NCBI GenBank assembly: GCA_028693815.1
Contig: JAQUUP010000003.1
Span: forward strand, 65,850-129,849
DNA from: Candidatus Omnitrophota bacterium
GTDB taxonomy: Bacteria > Omnitrophota > Gorgyraeia > Zapsychrales > Aceulaceae
DNA: 64,000 nt
Direction: 5' to 3'
The position numbers and the translations under genes are program-made. Positions within the stretch are counted from its first letter, which is position 1, and the number at the start of each line of letters is the position of its first letter. Below the pieces are notes generated by a model. It searched no databases. It had not been told where the DNA came from and saw nothing but the letters and a program-made list of their open reading frames with translations. Below, one piece after another: positions 19,563-29,198 of this stretch.

Positions 19563-19574
19563 GCTATGCCCACC
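19497..19574 (-). tRNA. tRNA-His (anticodon GTG), with genomically encoded G-1 and 3' CCA.
   Basis: The cloverleaf was folded manually: GGTGGGCA...TCTGA-TTGTGGT-TCAGA...TGCCCACC-CCA. The 8-bp acceptor stem is typical of tRNA-His. Confidence 0.85.
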
Positions 19575-19689
19575 ATAAATAAAAATTTAAATTATTTGGC
19601 CTTCAAGCGACATAACTTAGATATTTGAAATTTTAAGAAAATCTATCAAAATTAAGTAAACGTTATTTTACAAGATTATTACAAATTGT

Positions 19690-20631
19690 CTATTTTTCTT
19701 TTTTAAACATTCCGGACAAAGACACTTCTCCAATCTGAAAATCATCCATCTTTGTCTTAAAATCAAACTTCATATCAATATGAGCTCCACTTGATTGCAA
19801 TGTCTCAACAAAGAAATCCTCAAATGTTTTAGAATCTTTTTTTATTTCTTTTGAAGTAAAAGCCAAATTCATCTTTCCCTTTACAGTCAAATCATTCTTT
19901 TCAGAAAGAAGATCCGCTAAAAGCCCTACCTGTCCACCCATTCCACTAATTTGAAGCTTGGCTTTCATATCTTTTTCAAGAAAATCTACCCATCCATAGC
20001 ATTTAAGATCATCTTCATTAAAACGACCATCAAACCCAGTTAATTTTGCAGTAATATCAAAATTTGTTTCTAACGACTTTTTTTGCGAAAAAATAACCTG
20101 GTGAATCATTGCATCAATTTTACCGAGCGAGAACAATTCTTTTTCTTCATCCTCAGATTCGTTAAAAAATAAAAAACTTCCATTTCTTACAACAAAGCGG
20201 TCCATAACTATAATAAAATCGTTATTCTTAGAATCTTGCTCTTGAGAAGCTCCTTTTTCGCCCAAAACTTTTTTGTTTTCACCAAAAGAAGGCAAAGAAA
20301 AAGAATTCTTTGCCTTTGAATGAATTTCAATATTTGGATTAACAATTTCAACAAAAGGAAAATAAACTTGCTTTAACAAAAAATATACTGGATTAAGAGA
20401 ACACGTGATCTTCTCAAACGATCCGATATCTTCAACTTTAAGATTTTTAATCTCCAATGTCAAAGGAAAAGAAACTTTGATTTCATCAAAAACAATTTTT
20501 TTATTTAATTGTTGCTCGACCTTCTGAATAACAATATCTTTGCCATTCGCACTTAAATAAAAATACCCTCCTAAAAGAAGGCCAAAAAGAATAATAAATA
20601 AAATAAAGAATATTAGTATAAGACGTTTCAT
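19690..20631 (-). CDS. AsmA-family N-terminal-domain protein with a single N-terminal TM.
   Basis: The start MKRLILIFFILF was chosen to avoid overlapping tRNA-Arg. The protein resembles the N-terminus of the 961-aa AsmA-like protein downstream. Confidence 0.55.
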   Translation of the reverse strand: MKRLILIFFILFIILFGLLLGGYFYLSANGKDIVIQKVEQQLNKKIVFDEIKVSFPLTLEIKNLKVEDIGSFEKITCSLNPVYFLLKQVYFPFVEIVNPNIEIHSKAKNSFSLPSFGENKKVLGEKGASQEQDSKNNDFIIVMDRFVVRNGSFLFFNESEDEEKELFSLGKIDAMIHQVIFSQKKSLETNFDITAKLTGFDGRFNEDDLKCYGWVDFLEKDMKAKLQISGMGGQVGLLADLLSEKNDLTVKGKMNLAFTSKEIKKDSKTFEDFFVETLQSSGAHIDMKFDFKTKMDDFQIGEVSLSGMFKKEK

Positions 20632-20645
20632 AAATAATAAGAATG

Positions 20646-20719
20646 CGTCCCTGGCACGACTCGAACGTGCTACCCTTTGCTTAGAAGGCAAATGCTCTAT
20701 CCAGATGAGCTACAGGGAC
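20646..20719 (-). tRNA. tRNA-Arg (anticodon TCT).
   Basis: The manual fold is GTCCCTG...TTTGC-CTTCTAA-GCAAA...CAGGGAC-G. CCA is not encoded. Confidence 0.85.
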
Positions 20720-20845
20720 ATATCGTTAGATTTTATATCAAGCAAGCTAATAGATTACCTTGTGCCAAAATAGGCAATGCTAAAAATAAATAAAACTTTA
20801 TAAGAACTTTATGTAAGAATAAAGAAATACCACAAATACAGTCAA

Positions 20846-21310
20846 CTATTCTTCTTCAAGAAGTTTTTTCAAAATTCCGGCAGCATCCTGAAAGCCTTGA
20901 ACATTATTCTGCTCTTGAAATAAAGCCATGCTTACCTTTACAAGCTCAACAGCTTTTTCAGGCTCTCCCTTAAGATCATAGCACCCAGCCATCAACAAAT
21001 AAACATGCGGGTTTTTCTGCTCTTTTTGGAGAATTTTCTGACAAGTAATAATGGCATTATCATATGATTCTAATCTCATGTAAAGCTGAGCTAAAGCAAA
21101 ATAAGCATTAACTGATTCCGGGGAAGCTTCAGCCGATTGTTCTAAAGATTGAATAGCCTCTGGAATCTTGTTTTGGGCTAAAAACGTCATCGCTTCTTGA
21201 AAAAGCTGCTCTGAAGTCTTCGGAACAACAGGTGCAGATGCCTGCTTCTCAGCTGTACATCCAAACAAAAACATTACACTCAAAATTAAAGCACATACTT
21301 TTGTCCTCAT
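20846..21310 (-). CDS. TPR-repeat lipoprotein.
   Basis: The lipobox is LFGC. The protein has tetratricopeptide-like repeats. Confidence 0.6.
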   Translation of the reverse strand: MRTKVCALILSVMFLFGCTAEKQASAPVVPKTSEQLFQEAMTFLAQNKIPEAIQSLEQSAEASPESVNAYFALAQLYMRLESYDNAIITCQKILQKEQKNPHVYLLMAGCYDLKGEPEKAVELVKVSMALFQEQNNVQGFQDAAGILKKLLEEE

Positions 21311-21402
21311 TCCAAACCCCTTTCATGTTAAATATTTACACCATTCTAGTATAATACCGAAAAACCTGCAAGCAAAAAGCAAAATTACATGATTTCTTAA
21401 AT

Positions 21403-22476
21403 TTAAGGAGTTATTGTAAGAGAAAAATCAATATCTTTACCTCTTTTCCGCACTTCTTTTAAATATTGATTTGACTTTTCAAAATCTCCTTGGCTATGCG
21501 CAGAGATACTTAACATTCGATACGCGTCAACATAATCAGGATTATATTTAATTGACTCTAAAAAAGCACCTTCTGCTTCTTTTTGAAACCCTTGATTATA
21601 ATAAAGTATTCCTAAGTTATAAAATGCTAAGCTACTGTTTGGACGAATAGATAATTCTTGCAAAAACTCCTTCTCAGCTTCTACAGGCTTTCCTTGATTC
21701 ATATAAATAAGACCTAAATTATTATGTACACCCACTTCATGAGGATTTAAAAAAAGAGCTCTTTTATGTTCTTTTTCTGACAAATCCAACATTCCTGCCA
21801 AATAATATATTCCTCCTAAATTTCTGCGAGCAAGAGGCGAACTGGGTGAATCCTTAGAAGCGCTAACCCAAAAACTCAAACGATCTTTATACTTCTCACC
21901 ATGATTAAACTGTATGCCAACAAATAAAAGAAAAAAAACAACTGCTGAAAACATACCCATAGCATTGCGATGTCTCCACTGCTGAGGTGGTTTTAGCGCA
22001 GCCAAAGCAATAACAAATCCGACCATAGGCAAATATATTCTATGCTCTTGAAAATCATGCGCCATAGACCAATATGACTTTAAAAATGCCATCATTAAAA
22101 AAACAAAAAACCAAAAAAGACCAAAAATAACGTATTTCCAATTCTCCTTTGAACAAAAAAACAAAAAAACACTAAAGCCAATCATACAAAAAAAACCATA
22201 CAATAAGTTTGAATCAGGCAATATTGGTAAAATGGAAAGATTAAAAGGCAAGAAGATCTTACCAAAATAAAGAAATGTCATCGGAAGATTGGCAATTGAT
22301 GTGTTCATCAAGGCTATCGTTGAAAACGACATCACGCTTCCGATCGCTAACTTTCTTGCAACAAACCAAGAAACGACCACAATGCTCCATCCTAAAACTT
22401 GCCACCCTATAATATTTCTCTTTATTTCTTTATTGACTAAAAAAAGATACGATAAACAAACCACCGGAAATACCAC
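21403..22476 (-). CDS. TPR-repeat membrane protein, C-terminal part. It is probably the 3' portion of a gene split by a frameshift.
   Basis: Multiple TPR repeats follow TM helices. The ORF starts at a GTG only 23 nt after the upstream ORF, which codes for the polytopic N-domain. Confidence 0.6.
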   Translation of the reverse strand: MVFPVVCLSYLFLVNKEIKRNIIGWQVLGWSIVVVSWFVARKLAIGSVMSFSTIALMNTSIANLPMTFLYFGKIFLPFNLSILPILPDSNLLYGFFCMIGFSVFLFFCSKENWKYVIFGLFWFFVFLMMAFLKSYWSMAHDFQEHRIYLPMVGFVIALAALKPPQQWRHRNAMGMFSAVVFFLLFVGIQFNHGEKYKDRLSFWVSASKDSPSSPLARRNLGGIYYLAGMLDLSEKEHKRALFLNPHEVGVHNNLGLIYMNQGKPVEAEKEFLQELSIRPNSSLAFYNLGILYYNQGFQKEAEGAFLESIKYNPDYVDAYRMLSISAHSQGDFEKSNQYLKEVRKRGKDIDFSLTITP

Positions 22477-22499
22477 AGCAGATTCTTTGACAAAAAGCG

Positions 22500-23072
22500 C
22501 TAAAGCAAAAAATAAAATTTGGATAAAATAATACTTTTTATTCCCTGTCCTGATAAAACGAACAAAAAAGAAAAAGCAATCAAAATCAGCAATGTCAGCA
22601 AAGAATCATTGCGCCCAGGAATCCAATAAACAGCCTGACCTAAAACCGGATGAACAACAAACAATGTTGACAAAATAAAAGTTTTTGCTTTAGAAAAACC
22701 TAAGTCTAATAATAAAGAAAACAAAAAACATGTCGCTGCAAGATGGATGATAACATTTGTCAGATGATAAATAGTAGGATTCGTGCCAAAAAGAGAGGCT
22801 TCTAACATAAAAACAGCAGCCAAGATCGGCCGATAATACGGAGCATCAGGCTGATTGCCAAAAAAGATATCTTGACTAAACAATTTTGGAAAATTCATTG
22901 GATTCTTCATGAAATTAATATGATCAAGAATTAAAACATTGTCATCAAGATATGAAAATCCAAAAAATAAAGATTGCGCATAAATAGAAAGGCCAATAAG
23001 AGCAAGCCATGCAAAAGGATGCCAAGAATCTAAAAAAATATAATAAAAATAGGAGCGAAGCGATTGTTTCAT
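22500..23072 (-). CDS. Polytopic membrane domain, PMT/TMTC-like, N-terminal part of the split gene.
   Basis: It has 5-6 TM helices and DD.N/YRP-type motifs. It ends just before a T-run. Confidence 0.55.
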   Translation of the reverse strand: MKQSLRSYFYYIFLDSWHPFAWLALIGLSIYAQSLFFGFSYLDDNVLILDHINFMKNPMNFPKLFSQDIFFGNQPDAPYYRPILAAVFMLEASLFGTNPTIYHLTNVIIHLAATCFLFSLLLDLGFSKAKTFILSTLFVVHPVLGQAVYWIPGRNDSLLTLLILIAFSFLFVLSGQGIKSIILSKFYFLL

Positions 23073-23084
23073 GTTGGATAAAAA

Positions 23085-23162
23085 TGGTCGGGGAGGAGAG
23101 ATTTGAACTCTCGACCTTCTGTTCCCAAAACAGACGCGCTAACCGAGCTGCGCTACTCCCCG
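23085..23162 (-). tRNA. tRNA-Pro (anticodon TGG), with encoded CCA.
   Basis: The manual fold is CGGGGAG...TCTGT-TTTGGGA-ACAGA...CTCCCCG-A-CCA. Confidence 0.85.
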
Positions 23163-23262
23163 ATTTGAATCCACCTTTTGTGTGAATTGAGAAAACAGTA
23201 TATCATAACGATTAAAATCTTGCAACTATTGAAGAGTTAGGATGTTTTGCTATAATGATGCA

Positions 23263-26127
23263 ATGCTTAAAAAGACTATCTTGCTTCTTATCCTAATATT
23301 TGCCATATTAACAACTGGGCTAGCCTACCTCAACGAAGTCCTCTTGCCAAAAAAACTCAAAAATATTCTTATTGAGAAAATTACGCAAAAAATTGGGCGC
23401 GATGTTTTAATCAGCGATCTTCATTATGTTCCGCTAAAAGGACTTGTCCTAACAAAACTTAAAATATTTGAGAAAAATCAAAAAAAAGAACCCTTTTTAT
23501 CTGTTGAGGAAGCCTCAATAAGCATTTTTTATATCCCAGCCTTAATGCAAAAAAAGGCTATCATCCCTTCTCTTGTTATTACAAATCCTGTCATACGCAT
23601 CACAAAAGAACGAACTCAAGAATGGAATTTTAGCGATCTTTTATCTCAAAATCAAAAAAAAAGAAATCAAACCAAGAATGAAATCACAGCTTATATTGGA
23701 GCACTTAATATCACCAACGGCATTGTTATTTTCTCAGACAAAAACTTATCCAAAGATCCTATCGAAATAATTAAAAACATCAATCTTTCGGCTCACCTTG
23801 CCCTGCCTAAAGGGTTTACTGCAAACATCAGAATCATGCCTTCTAACAAAAATTCTCTCAAACTCATTTCAAGCATTAATTACCAAATCGATTCTGGTGA
23901 CTTCCTATCAACATTCAACATCGAGAATTTCTCGCTCGAAGAATTTGCACCCTACATTAAAACGTCGACCCTCAATCTAGAAAACAGTTTTATCAACATC
24001 GCTGCTTTTGATATCTCTCAAAGAAACAAAAAAATAACAGCTAAAGGTGAAATCTCTCTTAGAGAAACAAAACTATCAACAAATAACGGAATATACTTTA
24101 CTTCAACGCCTACTGTCTCCATTAAGGAACTAACGATCAAAAGTGGAATATGGTCCGTATTAGGGAAACTTTATCTAAATCAAAGCATTTTAATTGCTAA
24201 TAAGCAAAGTAGAGCTGAAGGAAATATTTTCTACGATTTCTTTTTAGAAGAAAAGAATGAAACAGTTCATTCTTCTGGAAACTTAAAGATTGAAAATTTT
24301 AAAGGAAATATTGAAAACAAAGCAAATTTCTCAGGATATGTTGAGGGCGCAGCTGACTTTGAACGCACAGCCGAAATTTTAACATCCAATTTAACTCTTA
24401 AATTACAAGATGCCATCCTTTCTTTTTCAGACAAAAAACATTTTTCTGGAAACCCAACACTAAAAATAAAAACTGTCTTCACCCCAAAAGAAGAAAAAGA
24501 ACGCCTACAACATTCTGGATCCATCACAATGTCTCTGGCCACACTAACAAACATTCCTCATCTTGAAACAATAGAAAATATTAAAGGAACAGTCGATTTT
24601 AAAAACAACCAAATATCATCCCCTAAGCTAACTGGCCTTATCTTTAATACTCCATTTCAAATCTCAGGCCAATTAATGAATTTTCAAAAGCCAACTCTTG
24701 ATATTCAAGGCACGCTATCGAATATCAATTTAAATAATTTTAAAAATATATTTAAAGAAATCTTAACCGATCCCAGTGCCGATATCAAAGGTCAATCTTC
24801 TCTTAACTTTAAATACACAGGAACAACAAAATCTATCAAAAATTCCTCTGTTGAAATCTCTGCCTCCCTAAAAGATGTCGCCATCAAGACAAAAAAGCTA
24901 CCTTCTGAAATAACAGATATATCCGGGGAGGTCTCTTACGCAGTCAATAGCTTGTCTACGTTTCATTTCTTACCAGACAATGCCATCTGGAAAAACTTAA
25001 AAGGCGTATTTAAAGAACAAAAATATATACTTGATGGGTCGCTTGCCTTCAACACTCTTTTAACAAAAATTACTATCGATGGGCTTAAGGCCGATGCGCA
25101 CATAAAATTGATGCCAGATCGTTTTACAATTAGCTCTCTAAAAATAAATTATAAAAACACCGACTTGCTTGTCCAAGGAGAAGCCTTTTACCCTCAAGAC
25201 TCCAAATGGAATATTAATGTTGATATTAACGGAAATCTTCAGCTAGAACATCTGTCCGAATTAATTCCACCTTTTAAAGAAAAATTTAAAAAACTTGATC
25301 CAAGAGGATTATGCTCAATCAAAAGCTCTTTTGAAGGAAACCCCAAAGAATGGCTCAACTGGACATTGCTCTTAAAATTAACAAGCAACAAAGTCTTTCT
25401 TGAAAATTATGAGCTAACTTCTGTCTCGCTTAAATTTGATCAACGTGATCAATTCATCAATCAATGCCTTATCTCTGCTCTTTTTTACGAAGGTGCCCTA
25501 AAAGCTGAAGCCTCCGCAGATTTGTCGATTCATGAGATGCCTTACAAAATCGAATCAAGCATTCAAGACCTAAACCTAGAAAAACTTAAAAATGCAACAC
25601 CTCTTAAAGACAAAGAAATCTCCGGAATATTACAAGCAACCTACCAAGGAAACGGACCTCTTTCCGATATCCATTTTAGCAAAGGCGAAGGTTCAATCTC
25701 TGTTGATCAAGGAGAGCTCTGGCAACTTGACCTTGTCCAAGGACTCGGAAAATTACTTTTTATTCCAGAGTACAAAAATATTGCTTTTGACAATGCGCAA
25801 AGTAATTTTGTTATTAAGAATGAAAAAGTTTTTATTCAGGACGGAATTTTAAAAGGAAATCAAATGAAACTTAATTGCAATGGAGATATTTCTTTTAACG
25901 GAGACCTCGATCTAGATGTCGTTTCAAAATTTGAACAAAACGCCATAAAGAACTCTCAATCGTTTAAGAAAACAATAGCCGCTATTCTAACTCAAGCCAA
26001 CACTTTTTTAACCGTTAAAATCACAGGAACATTGAGAGACCCTAAATACTACATTGTTCCTTCTCCAAGCGGAATAATCAAAAAAACCAAAGATCTTATT
26101 CTGGATGGGATTCCAAATATTTTTTAA
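23263..26127 (+). CDS. AsmA-family / TamB-like large envelope protein (about 955 aa).
   Basis: An N-terminal TM anchor is followed by a long beta-rich repetitive region. The start was taken at MLKKTILLL. Confidence 0.65.
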   Translation: MLKKTILLLILIFAILTTGLAYLNEVLLPKKLKNILIEKITQKIGRDVLISDLHYVPLKGLVLTKLKIFEKNQKKEPFLSVEEASISIFYIPALMQKKAIIPSLVITNPVIRITKERTQEWNFSDLLSQNQKKRNQTKNEITAYIGALNITNGIVIFSDKNLSKDPIEIIKNINLSAHLALPKGFTANIRIMPSNKNSLKLISSINYQIDSGDFLSTFNIENFSLEEFAPYIKTSTLNLENSFINIAAFDISQRNKKITAKGEISLRETKLSTNNGIYFTSTPTVSIKELTIKSGIWSVLGKLYLNQSILIANKQSRAEGNIFYDFFLEEKNETVHSSGNLKIENFKGNIENKANFSGYVEGAADFERTAEILTSNLTLKLQDAILSFSDKKHFSGNPTLKIKTVFTPKEEKERLQHSGSITMSLATLTNIPHLETIENIKGTVDFKNNQISSPKLTGLIFNTPFQISGQLMNFQKPTLDIQGTLSNINLNNFKNIFKEILTDPSADIKGQSSLNFKYTGTTKSIKNSSVEISASLKDVAIKTKKLPSEITDISGEVSYAVNSLSTFHFLPDNAIWKNLKGVFKEQKYILDGSLAFNTLLTKITIDGLKADAHIKLMPDRFTISSLKINYKNTDLLVQGEAFYPQDSKWNINVDINGNLQLEHLSELIPPFKEKFKKLDPRGLCSIKSSFEGNPKEWLNWTLLLKLTSNKVFLENYELTSVSLKFDQRDQFINQCLISALFYEGALKAEASADLSIHEMPYKIESSIQDLNLEKLKNATPLKDKEISGILQATYQGNGPLSDIHFSKGEGSISVDQGELWQLDLVQGLGKLLFIPEYKNIAFDNAQSNFVIKNEKVFIQDGILKGNQMKLNCNGDISFNGDLDLDVVSKFEQNAIKNSQSFKKTIAAILTQANTFLTVKITGTLRDPKYYIVPSPSGIIKKTKDLILDGIPNIF

Positions 26128-26704
26128 TAATAAATTTGAATTTTTTCAGTGCACGCGCACGATGACTGATTTTTGATTTGATGCAAGGATCTAGCTCTCC
26201 AAAAGTTTTACGATATCGAGAAATCAAAAAAAGAGGATCATACCCAAAACCATTTCTTCCTTTTGATCGCAAAGAAATAATCCCGCTACAACTTCCAGAG
26301 ACAACACCAACAATACCATTTTGATCTGTCAAAGCAACGCAACAGCGATATCGCGCTTGCCTTTCTTTCAAAGGAACTTTGTTTAAAGATCTTAGCAGCT
26401 TTAGATTGTTCTTTTTATCTGTAGCATTCGCTCCCGAAAAACGAGCAGAAAAAACACCAGGGCAATTATTTAACGCCTTTACCTCTAGCCCAGAGTCTTC
26501 TCCCATCACAAGCTTCTTTGTATAAATAGATATCGTAGATGCTTTCTTTAAAGCGTTTTGAGAAAATGTTTTGCCGTCTTCCTCAATTTTAGGCATATTT
26601 TTATAATCTTTTAATGAAGTAATTCTTAAAGGAAGATCAGATAAAAGTTCTTTTAATTCTTTTAGTTTCTTTTGATTATTTGTTGCAATTAAAAGCTCTC
26701 TCAT
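26096..26704 (-). CDS. rdgB: dITP/XTP pyrophosphatase (RdgB/Ham1 family).
   Basis: The motifs are ATNNQKKLKE and EDSGLEV...NNCPGVFSARFSG. Confidence 0.8.
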   Translation of the reverse strand: MRELLIATNNQKKLKELKELLSDLPLRITSLKDYKNMPKIEEDGKTFSQNALKKASTISIYTKKLVMGEDSGLEVKALNNCPGVFSARFSGANATDKKNNLKLLRSLNKVPLKERQARYRCCVALTDQNGIVGVVSGSCSGIISLRSKGRNGFGYDPLFLISRYRKTFGELDPCIKSKISHRARALKKFKFIIKKYLESHPE

Positions 26705-26708
26705 CTTT

Positions 26709-27416
26709 TTAGCTATCTAACACATTCTTTTGAATATCAAACAATTCTTCGATCCCTTTTTTGGCTAAAACAATCGCTTGATCCATCTGTTCTTTTGAAA
26801 AAGGCAATCCTTCCGCAGTCCCTTGCACTTCGATAAAGTCGCCACATCCGCGCATAACAACATTCATGTCCATATCAGCTTTTGAATCTTCTAAAAAATC
26901 CAAATCTAGCAAAAGCTCACCGCTAAAAACGCCAACACTTACAGCCGCGACATAATCTTTTATAGGAAGCTCCACTAATTTAATATCTTTTTTAAATTTC
27001 TTTAAGACATCCACAAGCGCAACATATGCACCGGTAATCGAGGCAGTCCTTGTTCCGCCATCAGCCTGGATAACATCGCAATCAATTTTAATAGTTCGCT
27101 CACCTAAACGAACAAAATCAACAACGCTTCTTAAAGACCTCCCAATCAACCTCTGAATTTCATGTGTTCGCCCAGATATCTTATTGCGCACAATACGAGA
27201 GGAGCAAGAACATGGTAACATGCCATATTCTGCCGTAAGCCATCCTGTTCCTGAATTTCTTAAGAAAATCGGCACATTGTCTTCAATGGTCGCCGTACAA
27301 ATAACATGCGTATCGCCAAACTTTATCAAACAAGAACTTTGTGCATTCTTTAAATAATTTCGCGTGATTTCAATCTCTCTTAATTGATCCAATTTTCTAC
27401 CATCTTTTCTTGGCAT
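26709..27416 (-). CDS. rph: Ribonuclease PH.
   Basis: The N-terminus [21 protein letters not shown] is conserved in RNase PH. The rph-rdgB gene order supports the call. Confidence 0.85.
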   Translation of the reverse strand: MPRKDGRKLDQLREIEITRNYLKNAQSSCLIKFGDTHVICTATIEDNVPIFLRNSGTGWLTAEYGMLPCSCSSRIVRNKISGRTHEIQRLIGRSLRSVVDFVRLGERTIKIDCDVIQADGGTRTASITGAYVALVDVLKKFKKDIKLVELPIKDYVAAVSVGVFSGELLLDLDFLEDSKADMDMNVVMRGCGDFIEVQGTAEGLPFSKEQMDQAIVLAKKGIEELFDIQKNVLDS

Positions 27417-27432
27417 GACTAAATCCTTTCTG

Positions 27433-27825
27433 TTAGCTTTGCGGGTATTCTGTTGTAACCGTCGTTTGAATGCCTCCGCGTGTACCCATCACAACTTCAA
27501 CTTTAATCCAGCGTGGCTGACATGCCTTAACAATATCATCAAGAATTTTATTTGCTAAATGTTCATGAAAAATACCGACATTGCGATAAAAAATAAGATA
27601 ATATTTAAACGACTTAAGCTCAACACATGTTTTATCCGGTTTATAATAAATATTAATTGTCGCAAAATCTGGAAGCCCTGTCTTAGGACAAATGCAGGTA
27701 AACTCGCTTGTCGAAAGATCAACAGTATAATCTCGATCTTGATACTTATTTTTCCAAACATCTATCTTCGGAACCTTCAGGTCCCGAATATGCTCTTGGA
27801 GCCCTTTGTATGTCTTTTTTACCAT
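27433..27825 (-). CDS. queF: NADPH-dependent 7-cyano-7-deazaguanine reductase (QueF, type I).
   Basis: The motif reads [17 protein letters not shown]. The size is about 130 aa. Confidence 0.8.
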   Translation of the reverse strand: MVKKTYKGLQEHIRDLKVPKIDVWKNKYQDRDYTVDLSTSEFTCICPKTGLPDFATINIYYKPDKTCVELKSFKYYLIFYRNVGIFHEHLANKILDDIVKACQPRWIKVEVVMGTRGGIQTTVTTEYPQS

Positions 27826-27828
27826 TTT

Positions 27829-28521
27829 TCACCGTACCCCTATTATTTTATGCACTTGAGGAATAACGCGAACATCCCTCAAATATTTTAAACACAATCT
27901 TTGAAATTTCTGGCATTGATCAACAACGCCGGCTTCCATCTCGAATGTATTCGGCTGCAGAATAAATACTATATCACGATTCACTTTAGATGCAAGTTTT
28001 GCAGCAAAACACACGTCATCTTCTGTTGTATCAAGCGAAATAACGCATTTGACAAAAACATCTTTCTTTGTAGCAATGTTTAAAAATGACTCATGCTCTT
28101 TCCAGAATGCTTTTTGTCCTGTTGAGCTTGGAAGCTTAAAATCCATAGAAACAATATCGATATAATCAATCACTTCCTCTAAAGATGAAAACAAAATACC
28201 GTTCGTTTCGAGGTAAGTGGAAAACCCGTTCTGCCTCAAAAGAGGTAGAAATTCTTTTAAGAAATCTTTTTGAAGCAAAGGCTCTCCACCTGTCAAGCTA
28301 ACAGAGTGAACGCCTTGAGCTTCTTTCAAAACAGCCCTTATAAGGTCCTGACTCAAATACTCTTTAAAAGCGCTTTTTCCCTCTTGCTCCAGACTCGTTT
28401 GAGTATCACACCAACAACATTTTATATTACATCCATAAAAACGAATAAATACTTGAGGTATTCCTAAGTATTTACCTTCTCCTTGAATCGATCGAAAAAT
28501 TTCTGAAATTTTGGATTTCAT
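27829..28521 (-). CDS. queE: 7-carboxy-7-deazaguanine synthase (QueE, radical SAM).
   Basis: The motif reads FIRFYGCNIKCCWCDT. Confidence 0.85.
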   Translation of the reverse strand: MKSKISEIFRSIQGEGKYLGIPQVFIRFYGCNIKCCWCDTQTSLEQEGKSAFKEYLSQDLIRAVLKEAQGVHSVSLTGGEPLLQKDFLKEFLPLLRQNGFSTYLETNGILFSSLEEVIDYIDIVSMDFKLPSSTGQKAFWKEHESFLNIATKKDVFVKCVISLDTTEDDVCFAAKLASKVNRDIVFILQPNTFEMEAGVVDQCQKFQRLCLKYLRDVRVIPQVHKIIGVR

Positions 28522-29198
28522 TTAAGGGCTGGATCTTTATACTTAATCATATCAAAACCTTTTTGCCGAAGCAAACAACTATCACATGCGCCGCAAGGCT
28601 TAAGCCCACCCTTATAACAAGACCACGTTAAATGATACGGTACTTTTAGATTAAGTCCTATTTTAATAATTTGGGATTTTGTTTTAGAAATAAGCGGAGC
28701 ATAAATTCTGATTTTCTTTTTACTCACTCCTGCTTTAGTTCCTACGTCTAAAGCTTTCTGAAAACTAGAAATAAAGCTTGGTCGACAATCCGGATACCCA
28801 GAATAATCAATCGCGTTAACGCCTATAAAAATTGCACAAGCACCAATGCTTTCAGCAAACGATGAAGCAAAACTCAAAAAGATGATATTGCGAGAAGGAA
28901 CATACGTTGACGGGATGCTACTCTCCATTTGTACGAAAGAACGTTTTTTAGGAATTTCTTTCTTTTCATCTAAAAGCGCAGAGCCTTTCCAGGGAAAAGA
29001 AATCTTAATAACCTTATAAGAACACTGAGCAGCTTTTGCAATCTTTTTTGCTTGCAGAATTTCTTTTGCATGTTTTTGGCCGTAATCAAAAATAAGGCCA
29101 TAAGGCGCAAACCCCTTACTCTTGGTGATATAAAGGGCCGTTGCCGAATCAAGGCCGCCAGACAATAAAACAACTGCCTTTTTCTTTTCTTTACTCAT
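28518..29198 (-). CDS. queC: 7-cyano-7-deazaguanine synthase (QueC).
   Basis: The motifs are SGGLDS and a C-terminal Cys cluster, CYKGGLKPCGACDSC. Confidence 0.85.
   Translation of the reverse strand: MSKEKKKAVVLLSGGLDSATALYITKSKGFAPYGLIFDYGQKHAKEILQAKKIAKAAQCSYKVIKISFPWKGSALLDEKKEIPKKRSFVQMESSIPSTYVPSRNIIFLSFASSFAESIGACAIFIGVNAIDYSGYPDCRPSFISSFQKALDVGTKAGVSKKKIRIYAPLISKTKSQIIKIGLNLKVPYHLTWSCYKGGLKPCGACDSCLLRQKGFDMIKYKDPALK

Larger units (their letters stand above)
13744..19574. mobile_element. P4-like integrative element core (primase-helicase, cargo ORFs, excisionase, large serine recombinase) inserted next to tRNA-His. The true left boundary is unknown and may lie further left.
   Basis: The gene content and the recombinase 3' end abutting and overlapping the tRNA-His 3' end support an integrated element. 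Confidence 0.55.
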
